From: Reclinomonas americana ATCC 50394
Lineage: Eukaryota
Assembly (NCBI GenBank): GCA_048213135.1
Contig: PS015604.1
Location: 19,107 to 59,597 of the forward strand
Direction of reading: 5' to 3'
Length of the DNA stretch: 40,491 bases
The notes under the pieces were generated by a model. That model had not been told where the DNA came from, did not search any database, and saw nothing but the letters and a program-made list of their open reading frames with translations. The position numbers were made by a program, and so were the translations under genes. How positions within the stretch are numbered: the first letter of the stretch is position 1; each line of letters opens with the position of its first letter. Positions 12,751 through 24,480 of the stretch are shown here, in pieces.

Positions 12751-15447
12751 ATGCGCTTCGTACTTCTACTGCTGTTGTTTGTAGTGTGCATGAGCAGCAT
12801 CGCAGCTGCTGCGATCACTGTGCAAGCGGGTGTGGAGTACACTTCGGCTGGACACGTCCGCCTGATCCCGTTGCCCAGCATAGTATCGCGTGGACCCTTT
12901 GCGGCCTGGGGCTCCTTCACAGACACCATTGATAGCAACGGATGGTCGGTGTTGAAGGTGTACACGAACAGCACGTTTGCCGATAACTTGCAGGCTTATG
13001 CGGCAGGATACTTGGAGGGTGAGTGACTTTTGTGGAAGCAGTGTGTGCATGTAAGTGTGACTCTCACTCGCGTTACACAGGTGCGCTGACAGTGCAACGT
13101 GGATGGGAGTCACTGATCAACATGCTTGACGGGCAGACGAATTACACTCGTTGCGTGCATTGATGAGCAGCATTTATGTCGGACGAATGCATTTTAATGT
13201 GCCGAGGTTGAATGACACAGCGGCCATGGCCAAGTTTGTGGACGACAACCTGGCGTGGGTGGCGCAGCAGGTGCAGAACAACCCACATGATGCGTACTGG
13301 CACCAGGCACGTGGTTTCTCCGCGCGCATGCACACTCGTTCTTGACTTTTTTTCTCCCTCTTGACGTCGCTATTCCCACAGGTCGGCCTGCTGTTCGACC
13401 AGTTCGATGGCATCTTTGATGGGTGCGTGGGATCGTAGTACTGCGTGCCGGTACTGCACTTGCTAACCAACACACGTTCGACGGTGTGGGCAGGTACACT
13501 GCAATGGCCAAGCCGGGCCAGTTGTTCAGCCGTGACGTGCTGATGGCGTCGATTCTGCAAGGTCAGTCGAGTTCGCTGCTTGTGCCAGCCGCTTGGCGCG
13601 TTTTGCAGATTGGTAACCGCTGTGTGTTCGTGCAGGTGATATGACTGATTTGTGTCATGTGTTTGGCTGCACGGGTCAAACCAAGCGTCGCGTCGAGACC
13701 ACCGCCAACAGCCACTGCAGTGTGCTGGTCAAGGTGACGCCGTCGGGCGAACTGCTCACCGGGCACACCAACTGGGGTGCATTCGAGAGCATGACGCGGT
13801 ACGGTTGCTTGATTTACTGCGCGTGTGAGTGAGTGAGCGATGATGCTCATCGTACTCGGCACTTCGCACAGCATTTACAAGTTGTACGACTTTGCATTCA
13901 CTCGCGACGGCACTGCCAGCTCCGGTATTGTGCCGGGACGCCGAGTAGCGTTCGCGTCGTATCCAGTGGTGCGTGTGTGTATTGGTTGGCTGTGCGCACA
14001 ATCCCGTTTACTGTACGTGGTTGGCAGCTGCCCGATTCGAATGACGACTGGTACCAAGTTTCGTGCTGATTGGTTTCGTTCCTTCGCCGTGCATGTGTGC
14101 GTTCTTCTCACTGTCCCTGTCTACAGACATCGGCCGGCCTCGTGGTGACCGAGACAACCATCAACAACAACAATCCATCTCTGTGGCAGGTGCGCACATC
14201 TCTTATGCTCAGCAAGTTATGAATTGCTTTTGATGCGCGTCGTTGCGCAGTTCGTGACGCCGCAGACGGTACCAGAGTGGGTGCGCGTCATGGTCGCCAC
14301 TCGCCTCAGTGCATCTGGTGCCGACTGGGTGTCGACCTTTGGCAAGTACAACAGCGGGTGCGTCGTCTCACTCGCCACCCGTCTTGTCGCACTTCTTACG
14401 TGGCTTACTCTTGAATTAGTACGTACAACAATGAGTGGATTGTGGTCGACTACAAGCTGTACCAGCCAGGCAAGGCTCTCGTGCCCGGAACATTGTGGGT
14501 ATCCGAGCAGGTGTGTGAGTGACATGCAGGGAGCAGCAGCTTCGCTCGTGCTATTGACACCACACCGCCTGTTGACCACAGATGCCAGGGACCTACGTAA
14601 GCCAAGACATGTGAGCTCGTTCCGCGTTTTAGAGCGCAGAGTAGAGAGCACTGACACGCTTTGTCGCAGGACACCGTGGCTTGCAGAGCACTCATACTGG
14701 GCCAGCTACAACCTGCCCTATTTCCAGGAGATTTTCGACGTTAGCGGTCAGGCGCCACTCCTCAAAGAGTTCGGCGATCACTACAGCTGGAGTCGCACGG
14801 CGCGTGGCGTTCTCTTTGAACAGCTCCAGGTCTGCAATCCTCCTTGTCGCACATCGCCTTGGCCCATGCTCACTCGCGTGTGACAGTCGTCGGTGGTCGA
14901 CGAGGAGTCGTACAAGCGCGTCATTCGCTACAACAAGTATCAGACGGATGCCATCAGCACGCAGGGCTGTGCGAACGGCCGCTCGGCCTCCAATGCCATC
15001 TGCGAGCGCGGCGACCTGACGGTGCCGAGCTCACAGTGCATTCATGACCTCGAGCAGCAGGACGATGCTGGTGTCGACGCCAAGTTCACCAGCTATGCCA
15101 AGGCAAGCGAAGAAAAATGGGTGCACGTAGGCATCGAGTCGGAGACTTACCCGTGCATGATACCCAGATGGCCAGCGGCACCCTGAGTGCGTGGATCCAA
15201 AGCGGACCGACTGCCGACGATCAGCCGCCATTCGTGTGGAGGTGAGAAGTGATCCGTGATCGTTTCCCATCCACGTCAACAAACATTTGCATGTGCGTCT
15301 ACGTACAGTCAGAGCCCATTCAGCAACTTGCGGCACGTGGGCATGCCAGACAAGTGGGACTTCCCGTGGGTGGAGGTGTCGTTCCCTCCGATATCGACCG
15401 GAGACGACCACACCGAGTCGCCACAGCTGCGATCCAACCCTGTGTGA
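12751..15447 (+). CDS. Phospholipase B-like (PLBD1/PLBD2 family, Ntn-hydrolase), copy 1; 15 introns
   Basis: Signal peptide; GWSVL, QAYAAGYLEG, YWHQV, HCSVLVKV (nucleophile Cys), GHTNW, SYP..DDWY, VTETTI, NSGTYNNEW, YWASYNLPYF, IRYNKYQ, ERGDL, GVDAK, HVGMPDKWDFPW; TGA 15445-15447. Confidence 0.93.
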
Positions 15448-15579
15448 AGGCCGCAGTGGGCTGAGATGTAATCATAGTACCAGTGAAGTAATGCAGCAGT
15501 GTTTCACATGGTGCACGACGGCGACAAGGAGGGCGTGTCCTCGTCCTCCGTCCTCATCATCGTCAACTGGATCAACACG

Positions 15580-18285
15580 ATGCGCGTCGTTCTTCTTCTC
15601 CCACTGCTGCTGCTGCTGTGGCTTGCAGTGTGCATGAGCAGCACGGCAGCTGCTGCGTCTACTGTGCAAGCGGGCGTGGAGTACACCTCGAATGGACACG
15701 TGCGCCTGGTCATGTTGCCGACCACGCTGGCACACGGACCCTTTGCGGCCTGGGGCTCCTTCACAGACACCATTGAGAGCAATGGATGGTCGGTGTTGCA
15801 GGTGCACACGAACAGCTCGTTTGCGGATAACTTGCAGGCGTATGCGGCCGGGTACTTGGAGGGTGAGTGAGTGACTTGGTGAATGAACAGTGTGTGCAGC
15901 GTGACTCTCACACGCGTTGCGCAGGTGCGCTGACGGTGCAACGTGGATGGGAGTCACTGGTCAACACGCGTGGTGGGCACACGGATTACTCTCGTTGCGT
16001 GCATTGATGAGGAGATGAGGGTCGAAAATGCGCTCATCTTCTGATGATGATGGTGGTCAGCTGCCATGGCCAAGTTTGTGGACGACAACCTGGCGTGGGT
16101 GGCGCAGCAGGTGCAGAATAACCCGCGTGATCCGTACTGGCACCAGGCACGTGTGTTTTCTCCGCGCACACACACACCCTTCGTCTCTTAACTTCGCTGT
16201 TCCCACAGGTCGGCCTGCTGTATGATCAGTTCGATGGTGTCTTTGATGGGTATGTGTGTGTGGAGGATTGTATGTCGACAATACGTTTGCATTCTCTGAC
16301 ACACGCGAGGGCAGGTACACTGCCATGGCCAAGCCGAACCAGTTGTTCAACCGTGACGTGCTCATGTCGGCAATTTTGCAAGGTCTTGCTTTCATGCGCC
16401 AGCCCGCTCTGCGTGTCGCAGATTGTTCATCCTGTTCGTAGGCGATTTGGATGATCTGTGCCGCGTGTTTGGTTGCACGGGACGCACAGCGCACCGCCTG
16501 GAAACCACCGGCAACAGCCACTGCAGTGTGCTGATCAAGGTGACGCCGTCGGGTGAACTGCTCTCCGGCCACACCACATGGAGCGGATTCGAGAGCATGA
16601 CACGGTGCGCCTGCTTTGTACGTTCATAATCGAGAGGTGATGCTCAATCTCGAGTGCACTGCGCGCAGCGTGTACAAGATGTACGACTTTGCGTACACTC
16701 GTGACGGCACGGTCGGCTCGGGCATTGTGCCGGGCCGCCGAGTGGCATTCTCGTCGTACCCAGTGGTGCGTGGTTGCGTCTTTGTAGATCGCTTGCGTGT
16801 GCTATCTTGGTCACGCGTGTGCGTGGTTGACAGGTGCTCAACTCGGATGACGACTGGTACCAGGTCGCGTACACATATCTCGTTGTTTCTCCGCATGTGC
16901 CTGCGTTCCTCTCATTGTCAACCCCTCGATTCAACAGACATCGGCCGGCCTCGTGGTGACCGAGACGACCATCAGTAACAACAATGCAACTCTGTGGCAG
17001 GTACCGTCTCTCGCCCGTCGGAGGTGCTCCGATGCCTTTGAACACGTGCTGACGCGATGATTGCACAGTTCGTAACGCCGCAGACGGTGCCCGAGTGGGC
17101 GCGTGTCATGGTCGCCACTCGCCTCAGCTCTGCGGGCGCCGACTGGGTGTCGACTTTCAGCAAGTTCAACAGCGGGTACGTTGCCTCGCTTCGGCGCCTG
17201 GCACTCACAGCGCGGAGTCTCACAATTCTCTTGGTGGCAGTTCGTATAATAATGAGTGGATGGTGTTGGACTACAAGCTGTACCAGCCCGGCAAGGCTCT
17301 TGTGCCGGGAACTTTCTGGGTGGCAGAGCAGGTTTGCGCGTGTGCCTGCTGCGGTGAAGAGAGCAGCGTGTATGCTCACACGACGTTGATTGATCACACA
17401 GATGCCGGGCATCGTTGTCAGCCGCGACATGTGAGCTCGTGGGATTTCTATTTCAGCGAAGGCTCACTGCACACTGACGCACTCATCCTTCTCGCCGCGC
17501 AGGACTTCGTGGCTCACGGAGCACTCGTACTGGGCCAGCTACAACCGTCCCTTCTTCCAGGAGATTTTCGACATTAGCAACCAGGCGGAACTCCTCAACA
17601 AGTACGGCGATCACTTTAGCTGGAGCCGCACGGCGCGCGGCGTCATTTTCGCGCAAATCCAGGTTTGGAACCTCGTCGCACTTCGTCTCGACCGTCTCGA
17701 GGCCATACTCACGAGGTAATGTGTGCGGCGCAGTCGTCGGTGGTCGACGAGGAGTCGTACAAGCGCGTCATTCGCCACAACAAATTCCAGTCGGATGCCA
17801 TTGGCACGCAGGGATGCTCGAATGGCCGTTCGGCCTCCAATGCCATCTCCGAGCGCGGCGACCTCACCGTCACGAGCGCACAGTGCATTCACGACATTGC
17901 ACAGCAGGACGAGGCCGGCATTGACGCCAAGTTCACCAGCTACGCCAAGGTGCGCAAAACAAAACAGAGTGCTTGTGGACTTGAGTGACTTATTCGTGCA
18001 CGATACCCAGATGGCCAGCGGCACTCTGAGCGCGTGGATTCAAAGCGGACCGACGTACGACGATCAGCCGCCGTTTGTGTGGAGGTGAGAAAGTGTTGTT
18101 GGACAAAAATTAGTCGTGTGTTCGATTCTCATTTCAACCACGCTAAAACGCACAGCAAGAGCCCCTTCAGCAGCACCCCGCACGTGGGTATGCCAGACAA
18201 GTGGAATTTCCCGTGGGTGGAGGTGTCATTCCCGCCGACCGAGGACGACACCGAGCCGCCGCAGCTGCAGTTCAACGCTGTCTAA
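15580..18285 (+). CDS. Phospholipase B-like, tandem copy 2; 15 introns at the same positions as copy 1
   Basis: Collinear paralog: HCSVLIKV, GHTTW, NSGSYNNEW, YWASYNRPFF, GPTYDDQPPFVW, HVGMPDKWNFPW; TAA 18283-18285. Confidence 0.93.
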
Positions 18286-18574
18286 AAACGACCAATGCAC
18301 CATGCGACCCCTGTTTCACCCTCGCGATGGAATTCAATCGTGGTGGATGCGCACCGCAAGTGGGGTAATTGCAACAATAGCAATAGCAACCACCAGGTGT
18401 GTAGCCGATCCGGTTTATATGCGCCTGGCCGACGGCCAGAATTTCGTTTAGAATTCGTCCGACAAAAACCGTTTGTCAGTGTGGATTTTTTGTGCTTTGC
18501 GCGAGCGAAGAAGGAATCGAGATAGAAAGCAAGACCGAGCCCTGTCTGTTCGCACTCTCTTATCAGCAGCAATC

Positions 18575-21500
18575 ATGAGCACCGGAGCACGCAGTGTGCG
18601 CAGCGCAGGCCGCTCGCGCGGTCATGTCGCGAGTGGATCGTCCGATTCCGCCTCTCTCAGTGGCAACTCGTACGGAAGTGGTGGCTCTGCTGGTGGCCAC
18701 CGCTCGGCGTCTCCCAACGGCAAGGACCGCATCAAGTGCTACATTCGTCTGCGCCCGCCAAACGCGCGTGAGCTGGAGGTGTGTTGTGAACTGTACTTAC
18801 ATTTTCTCCCGCGCGCCCGTGTCGTTTTTGCTGTTTGTTCCGACACATTTCGCGGAACGCGCACAGAATCCCGACTTTTACGAGTGTGTCGACCTTGATC
18901 GCAATGTGGGGCGCGTGTCGCTGAGCGCGGGTACCAGTGGAAAGCGCGGAACGGGTGCGGGGTCGGGCGAGGACTTTACGTTTGATGGTGTGCTCGGGCC
19001 GGATTCGACGCAGCAGCAGGTGTTTGACATGGTGGCCTCGGAGGTGCTGGAGGATGTGTTCCGCGGCTATGCGACCACGGTGTTCTGCTACGGGCAGACG
19101 GGAACGTTGCGTGCGGCGCCACTCGCGGGAGATTTGAGAAAGAGTCTCACCCAGTGTGTTCACTTCTTGCAGAGGCAAGACGTACACGCTGGCGCAGACT
19201 GGCGACGAGGAGCGCATGGGCATTATCCCACGCACCGTGCACCGCATCTTTGCACACACGCGGGAGAATGCTGGAGGTGTGTGCATCGTGGATGCAGTGT
19301 CTTTGCCTCAAAGATTGTGATCAGCTCATTCTCTCTCTGTCGCACTCTCTCGCAGATCGCTACGTGTACACGGTGCGCATGTCGATGATTCAGATCTACA
19401 TGGAGCAGATCCAGGATCTGTTGAACCCGGCCAACAGCGATGTGCACGTGCGAGAGCATCCTCGTTGCGTTTTTCTGCCCAACTCAGTTCTTTTCCTGTC
19501 GCTGTGTCGGCTGACACTCTTGGTGCCGCACAGAGTCGGGTGTGTTCCTCGACGGTGCCGATGTGAAGAGCATGTCGTCGGCCACCGACTTGCTGGAGTG
19601 GTACGACTACGGCCTGCGCAACCGCACCACGGCGCTGACCAACATGAATGCCGAGTCGAGTCGGTCGCACTGCTGCCTCATTCTGCAAGTCGATCGCAGC
19701 ACTCGCGTGTTGCACGAGGAGCTCGGCCGCACCGTGCAGCATGAGCAGTTTCGTCCGCTCCATCATGCTCTCGCTTTGCGTGGAGCTTTGCACTGACTTG
19801 CACCCCGCACTGTAGGATTCTGCACGGCAAGATCACTCTGGTGGATTTGGCGGGCTCGGAGCGCGTGAAAAAGTCGGGTGTGGACGGCCACCAGCTGAAG
19901 GAGGCCAGCGCCATCAACCTCTCTCTGTCGGCACTCGGCAATGTGATTCATGCGCTCACACGCTCCGGTGGCGAGGCGCAGCACGTGCCGTATCGTGACT
20001 CGAAGCTCACTCGCCTGCTGCAAGACTCGCTCGGCGGCAAGGGCAAGGCCTCGATCATTGTCAACATTGGCCCGGCACCCGCCAATGCGCACGAGACGTA
20101 CAGCTCGCTGCTGTTCGGACAGCGTGCCATGGAGGTGAAGACGCACGCTGTGGTCTTCCAGACGGTGGACTACAAGGCCCTCTACTTCAAGCTGATGGTG
20201 CGTACGCGCACTCCTTGCTTCCTGTTTGTGCGCGCGATTCTGACTCATGTCTTCGCCATGCAGTCGACCAAGGATGAGAGCAACGACCGCATGTCGGCAC
20301 TCGAGGCCGAACTGGCACAGCGTGCCAGCGAGGTGGCTGAGCGCGACCGTCGGCTCGCCCAATTGGAGCACCAGCTGGTGGAATTCTCGCCGGAGCGTGT
20401 GGCAACGCGCGAGGCCGCTCTGAAGGAGGCACACACCGAGCAATTGGAGCAGGCACAGCGCGAGGCCGACGCTGAGATTGCACGCTTGCAGTCCCTGTTG
20501 GCGGCCACAGCAGCGGCGGCCCCGGCGACCTCGTCGTCACTCGGCGGTCGCAAGGACTCGCTCCAAGTGCCGTCGGTGGCCATTCTCGAGTCGGAGCGCG
20601 CCCACCAGCGTCGCTACAGCCAGATGCTGGACGCTGAGGTGCTGAAACTGCGCGGTACGCTGGCCGAGCGCGAGCGGCTGTTGCAGGAGGCCACGCAGGA
20701 GCAGAGACAACTGGTTTGTGTTGTCAATGTGTGCCCAATTTTCCTCGATTGTTGGTTTTCATGCACTCACCATGCCTCGCCTCGATCAGGAATTCTTGCT
20801 GCAAAGCACAGAGGAGCAACTGCGCCACGCTCAGCAGGATGCAGTGGCTGCCAGAGACGATCGTGCCGTGTGCCGCATCGAACTGGAAGACGTGCGCCAG
20901 CAGCTGGCCGCGGAAGAAAAGAGGTGTGTTTCGGCTGTAGCTGTCTGTGCAGGCACCTTTTCCCTTGAAACTCATCGCTCATGGTCGTGAATCGCACAGA
21001 TATCGTGAGCTCGACGAGGACACATCGTTCCGTGTCACCGAGTTGTGGAATCTCTATCAGGAGACGCAGGAGTTGTTGGACCGGTATCGCCAGAATGCCG
21101 AATCCAGCGACGCTGCCGTGGTCGAATTCATGCGCCAGTTGGAAGAAGGCCCACAGCAGCAGCAACAACAGCAGCGAGGTGCGGCTCCATCGCCCAACTA
21201 CAACGCCATGCTGGCACCGCCGCAGGCCGGCAAGCCGCCAGCCTCCGCCGCTCCTGCATCGCCGTCGTCAACACCGTCGCCGAGCCGCGCTGCACAGGCC
21301 GCTGCACCACTGCCGTCGGCGGTGCTGCCGCCACCCCCGCAGCTCTCACAGTACCGTGGACCGTCGTCGTCGGGTGTCGCTGCAGCGCCTCCGGCACGCG
21401 ACAACCAGGTGAAGCGCGATCGCGCACATGCGACTATGGATGCCTCGACGTTGCAAAAAGCGATGCCGTCACTGCCAATGCCCCATTCGCGCACCGCCTC

Positions 21501-21860
21501 GATGCGTGTATCCGGAGAAGCGCAAAAGGTCAGTCGAGTCTCTCTCCTTCCCTCTGTTCATTGCCATGCGCCGACGCTGACCTTTTCTCTCGGATTCAGG
21601 TGCAACTTCGACCGGGTTCACGATCCCGTCACGCCAGCTGCGGTGGCGATATGGCAGTCTCCGGGGGCGATGGCGAGTGGGCCGACTGGGAGACCTTTGA
21701 GGACTCCGGCTCTGCCATGTCGGTGATCTCCAGCTCGGTGGCCTCGGCCTCCGTCTCCGCCGCTGCAGCCGTCGCGGCCGCATCCTTGATCGGTAGTGGC
21801 GCGTCCGGATCAGCCGGCGCACCTCGCATGGTCCTCAACGATGACCACAACTGGAAATAA
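18575..21860 (+). CDS. N-terminal kinesin motor with coiled-coil stalk and P/S/A-rich tail; motor resembles ARK-type kinesins; 9 introns
   Basis: IRLRP, P-loop YGQTGT|GKTYT split by intron 19106-19171, [39 protein letters not shown] 21858-21860. Confidence 0.93.
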
Positions 21861-22006
21861 GCAGTGGGTTGGAAAGAAAGGGTGTAGAAAAAGAAAAAAG
21901 AGCCAGGAGAGAGAAGACAAATTAATTAATAACTTCCATGTCATGTCAGTGCCGGACGGCGATCAATCGACTCGATCAATCATCCTCTCTCCGTCTCTGT
22001 TGTAAC

Positions 22007-24329
22007 ATGCCGCCAAAGTTGACCAAGGGACCGCTGACGGTTCTGGCTGAGGCCACTGCGTTGGAGGCCGAGGACCCGCATGGTGCGATTGCCGCGTACA
22101 AGAGTCTCATTCATGGAAATCCTCGAGGTGAGTGAGGGTGTATGAACAGAGGCTGCCTTGGTTGGTGCGGGTGGTGGAGAGAGAGGAGGGGGGGGACGAA
22201 GAGAAGAGTGTGGCAAGAGCATGCTGTTGGTGTGCGTGAGCTGTGGGAGAGAAGAGTGCATCACGTTTGCGTGTGGCTGTTTGTCAGGCGACTCGTTTGC
22301 GTGCTTGCGCAGTGGTCGCTGTACGTGCGTCTGTGCGTGTCACTGTGCGTGCGTGTGCGCGCGTGTGTGAGTGAGTGAGAGTGAGGAAAAGACAAGTGAC
22401 GAATCGTCGAACGAGTGTAATGCTCACACGCTCTCACTGGTGGCTGTGTGCACACTCTTCACCACCGTGCACGCGTACACTCGCCATGCGCTCTGCGTTT
22501 CGTTGTGTGTGTGAGAGAACAACGAGCAGAGTTTGCGCGCGCTTCCGCGCCATCTTGCACTTCATGTTCGTTCACACACACACACTCACACTCACTTGTC
22601 CACTGCATGCAGGTGCACCGGCCGATATCCAGAAGGCCAAGGAGCAGTCGATTGCCCGACTGGCCAGGCTGTACTCTCGTCAAGGGTGCGTCTGTGTCTC
22701 TTTGTGTGTGTTGTCATGTCGCGGCCATGAACTCCCCCTCTCACTCACACACACGCACGCACACAGAATGAGCGCTGAGTTGGGTGCGATGCTGCACGAG
22801 CTGCGCGGTGCGTACTTCCCCTTTCATTCACTTAATCGTCAGCGTCTGTGAGGAATGCTCATCATTGAGAGTGACATGCACAGAGTACTTCAATATGGTT
22901 CCCAAGGCCAAGACGGCGCGCTTTGGTGCGCCTCATTGACCAGCTCATCGCCTTCCTTCTGTCTTTCTCATCCCGCGTCCTTACGTGCAGTCAAGACGAT
23001 TGTCGACGAGCTCGCCGAGATCCCCAACACGCTGCCGCAACAGGCGACGCTGTTGCGCGAGAGCATTGAGTGGTGCCGTGAGCAGAAGCGCACGTTCCTG
23101 CGACAGCGTCTGGAGGCGCGCTTGGCCACTGTGTACGTGGCTCCTTCTCTCGCAATCCCCCTCGCCGCGCTCACCATTCTCACTCATCGCGTTTGCACGC
23201 ATAGCTTGTGTGAGAAGGGCGAGTACGCGGCGGCGTTGACGCTGATTGCGCAGCTCATGCGCGAGATTCGCAAGCTGGACGACAAGCCGCTGATCTTGGA
23301 GGTGCAGCTGACGGAGAGCCGCGTGCAGCAGTCGCTCCGCAACCTGCCAAAAGCCAAGGCTGCGCTGACCACGGCGCGAACGGCGGCCAACGCCATCTAC
23401 TGCCCACCAAAGTTGCAGGCCTCGATCGACATGCAGTCGGGCATTCTGTCGGCCGATGAGAAGGACTACCGAACGGGGTTCTCGTACTTTTACGAGGCGT
23501 TCGAGTTCTATGCGACGGAGAAGATGGAGAGCCACGCGTTGCTGGCACTCAAGTACAAGCTGTTGTGTCGCATCATGAACAACCAGGTTTGTCTGCTCGC
23601 ATGTACACGCAGTATGCAGCTGGCTAAACAGCGTGGCACAGCCGGAGGATGTGGAATCGCTGCTGATGGGCAAGAGCGCCCTGCAGTTTGCTGCCTCGCG
23701 ACCCGCCGAGGCGATGCGCTCTGTGGCCAAGGCCTACAAGGACCGGTCACTGGCTGATTTTGAGGACACGCTGCAGAGCTTTGCTGATGGTTTGCTCACG
23801 CACGTGGAAGGAAGAAAGAGCTCGTACACTTGAACTCACTCCACACACGTGCCTGCAGAGCTCAAGGCCGACCCCGTGGTGTTCACGCATGCGAGCGCCC
23901 TGTACAACAAGCTGCTGGAGCAGAACCTGCTGCGGCTGATCGAGCCGTTCTCGCGTGTGCAGGTGTCGCACGTCGCCAAGTTGATTGGCCTGCCGCAAGA
24001 CGAGGTGGAGAGCAAGTTGCGCACGTCGATGCTCCTTTCTTGTTAAATCCGTTCTGCATTCGCTGACGCCACGCGCGCAGGCTGTCACAAATGATTCTCG
24101 ACAAGCAGTTCCACGGCACTCTCGACCAGGGCATGGGTTGCCTGGTGGTCTTTGAGGATCCGATCGAGGAGGTGTGTGTCTGTGTTGTCTCTTGCGCATC
24201 TTGTCGCATTTCGTGTTGCTGATGGTGTGTTCGGTGCAGGGAACGTATCCGGCTGCTGTGGAAGCACTGGATCAGCTCAACAAGGTGGTCGACAATCTGG
24301 TGGTGCGTGCCGGCAAGCTGAACGAGTAA
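22007..24329 (+). CDS. PSMD11: 26S proteasome non-ATPase regulatory subunit 11 (RPN6); 9 introns
   Basis: PKAKTA, EKR-like [86 protein letters not shown] 24327-24329. Confidence 0.97.
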
Positions 24330-24480
24330 TGCGGCCAACTAGAGAGGCGGATTCACCCTCCCGTGCTGGTGGAGTTGAGAGTGTGCGTGTGTGAAAAAAC
24401 GAATTGTGGGTGGATGGTAAAAACAGGTCGGAAAAGAAGCAATTGGGGACGCGGAGGTGCAAAACATCACACCGCGCGGC

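Noticed and set aside
18440-18449. AATTTCGTTT upstream of the kinesin, repeated at 40413-40422 upstream of RBM18
   Set aside because: Only two occurrences, in opposite orientation relative to their genes; not enough to call a promoter motif.
19085-19185. Apparently broken kinesin P-loop (GQTGTLRAA in the ORF track)
   Set aside because: Intron 19106-19171 restores GQTGTGKT.
19735-19815. Possible GC donor at 19739 in the kinesin
   Set aside because: A same-phase GT donor at 19748 gives a normal 68-nt intron.
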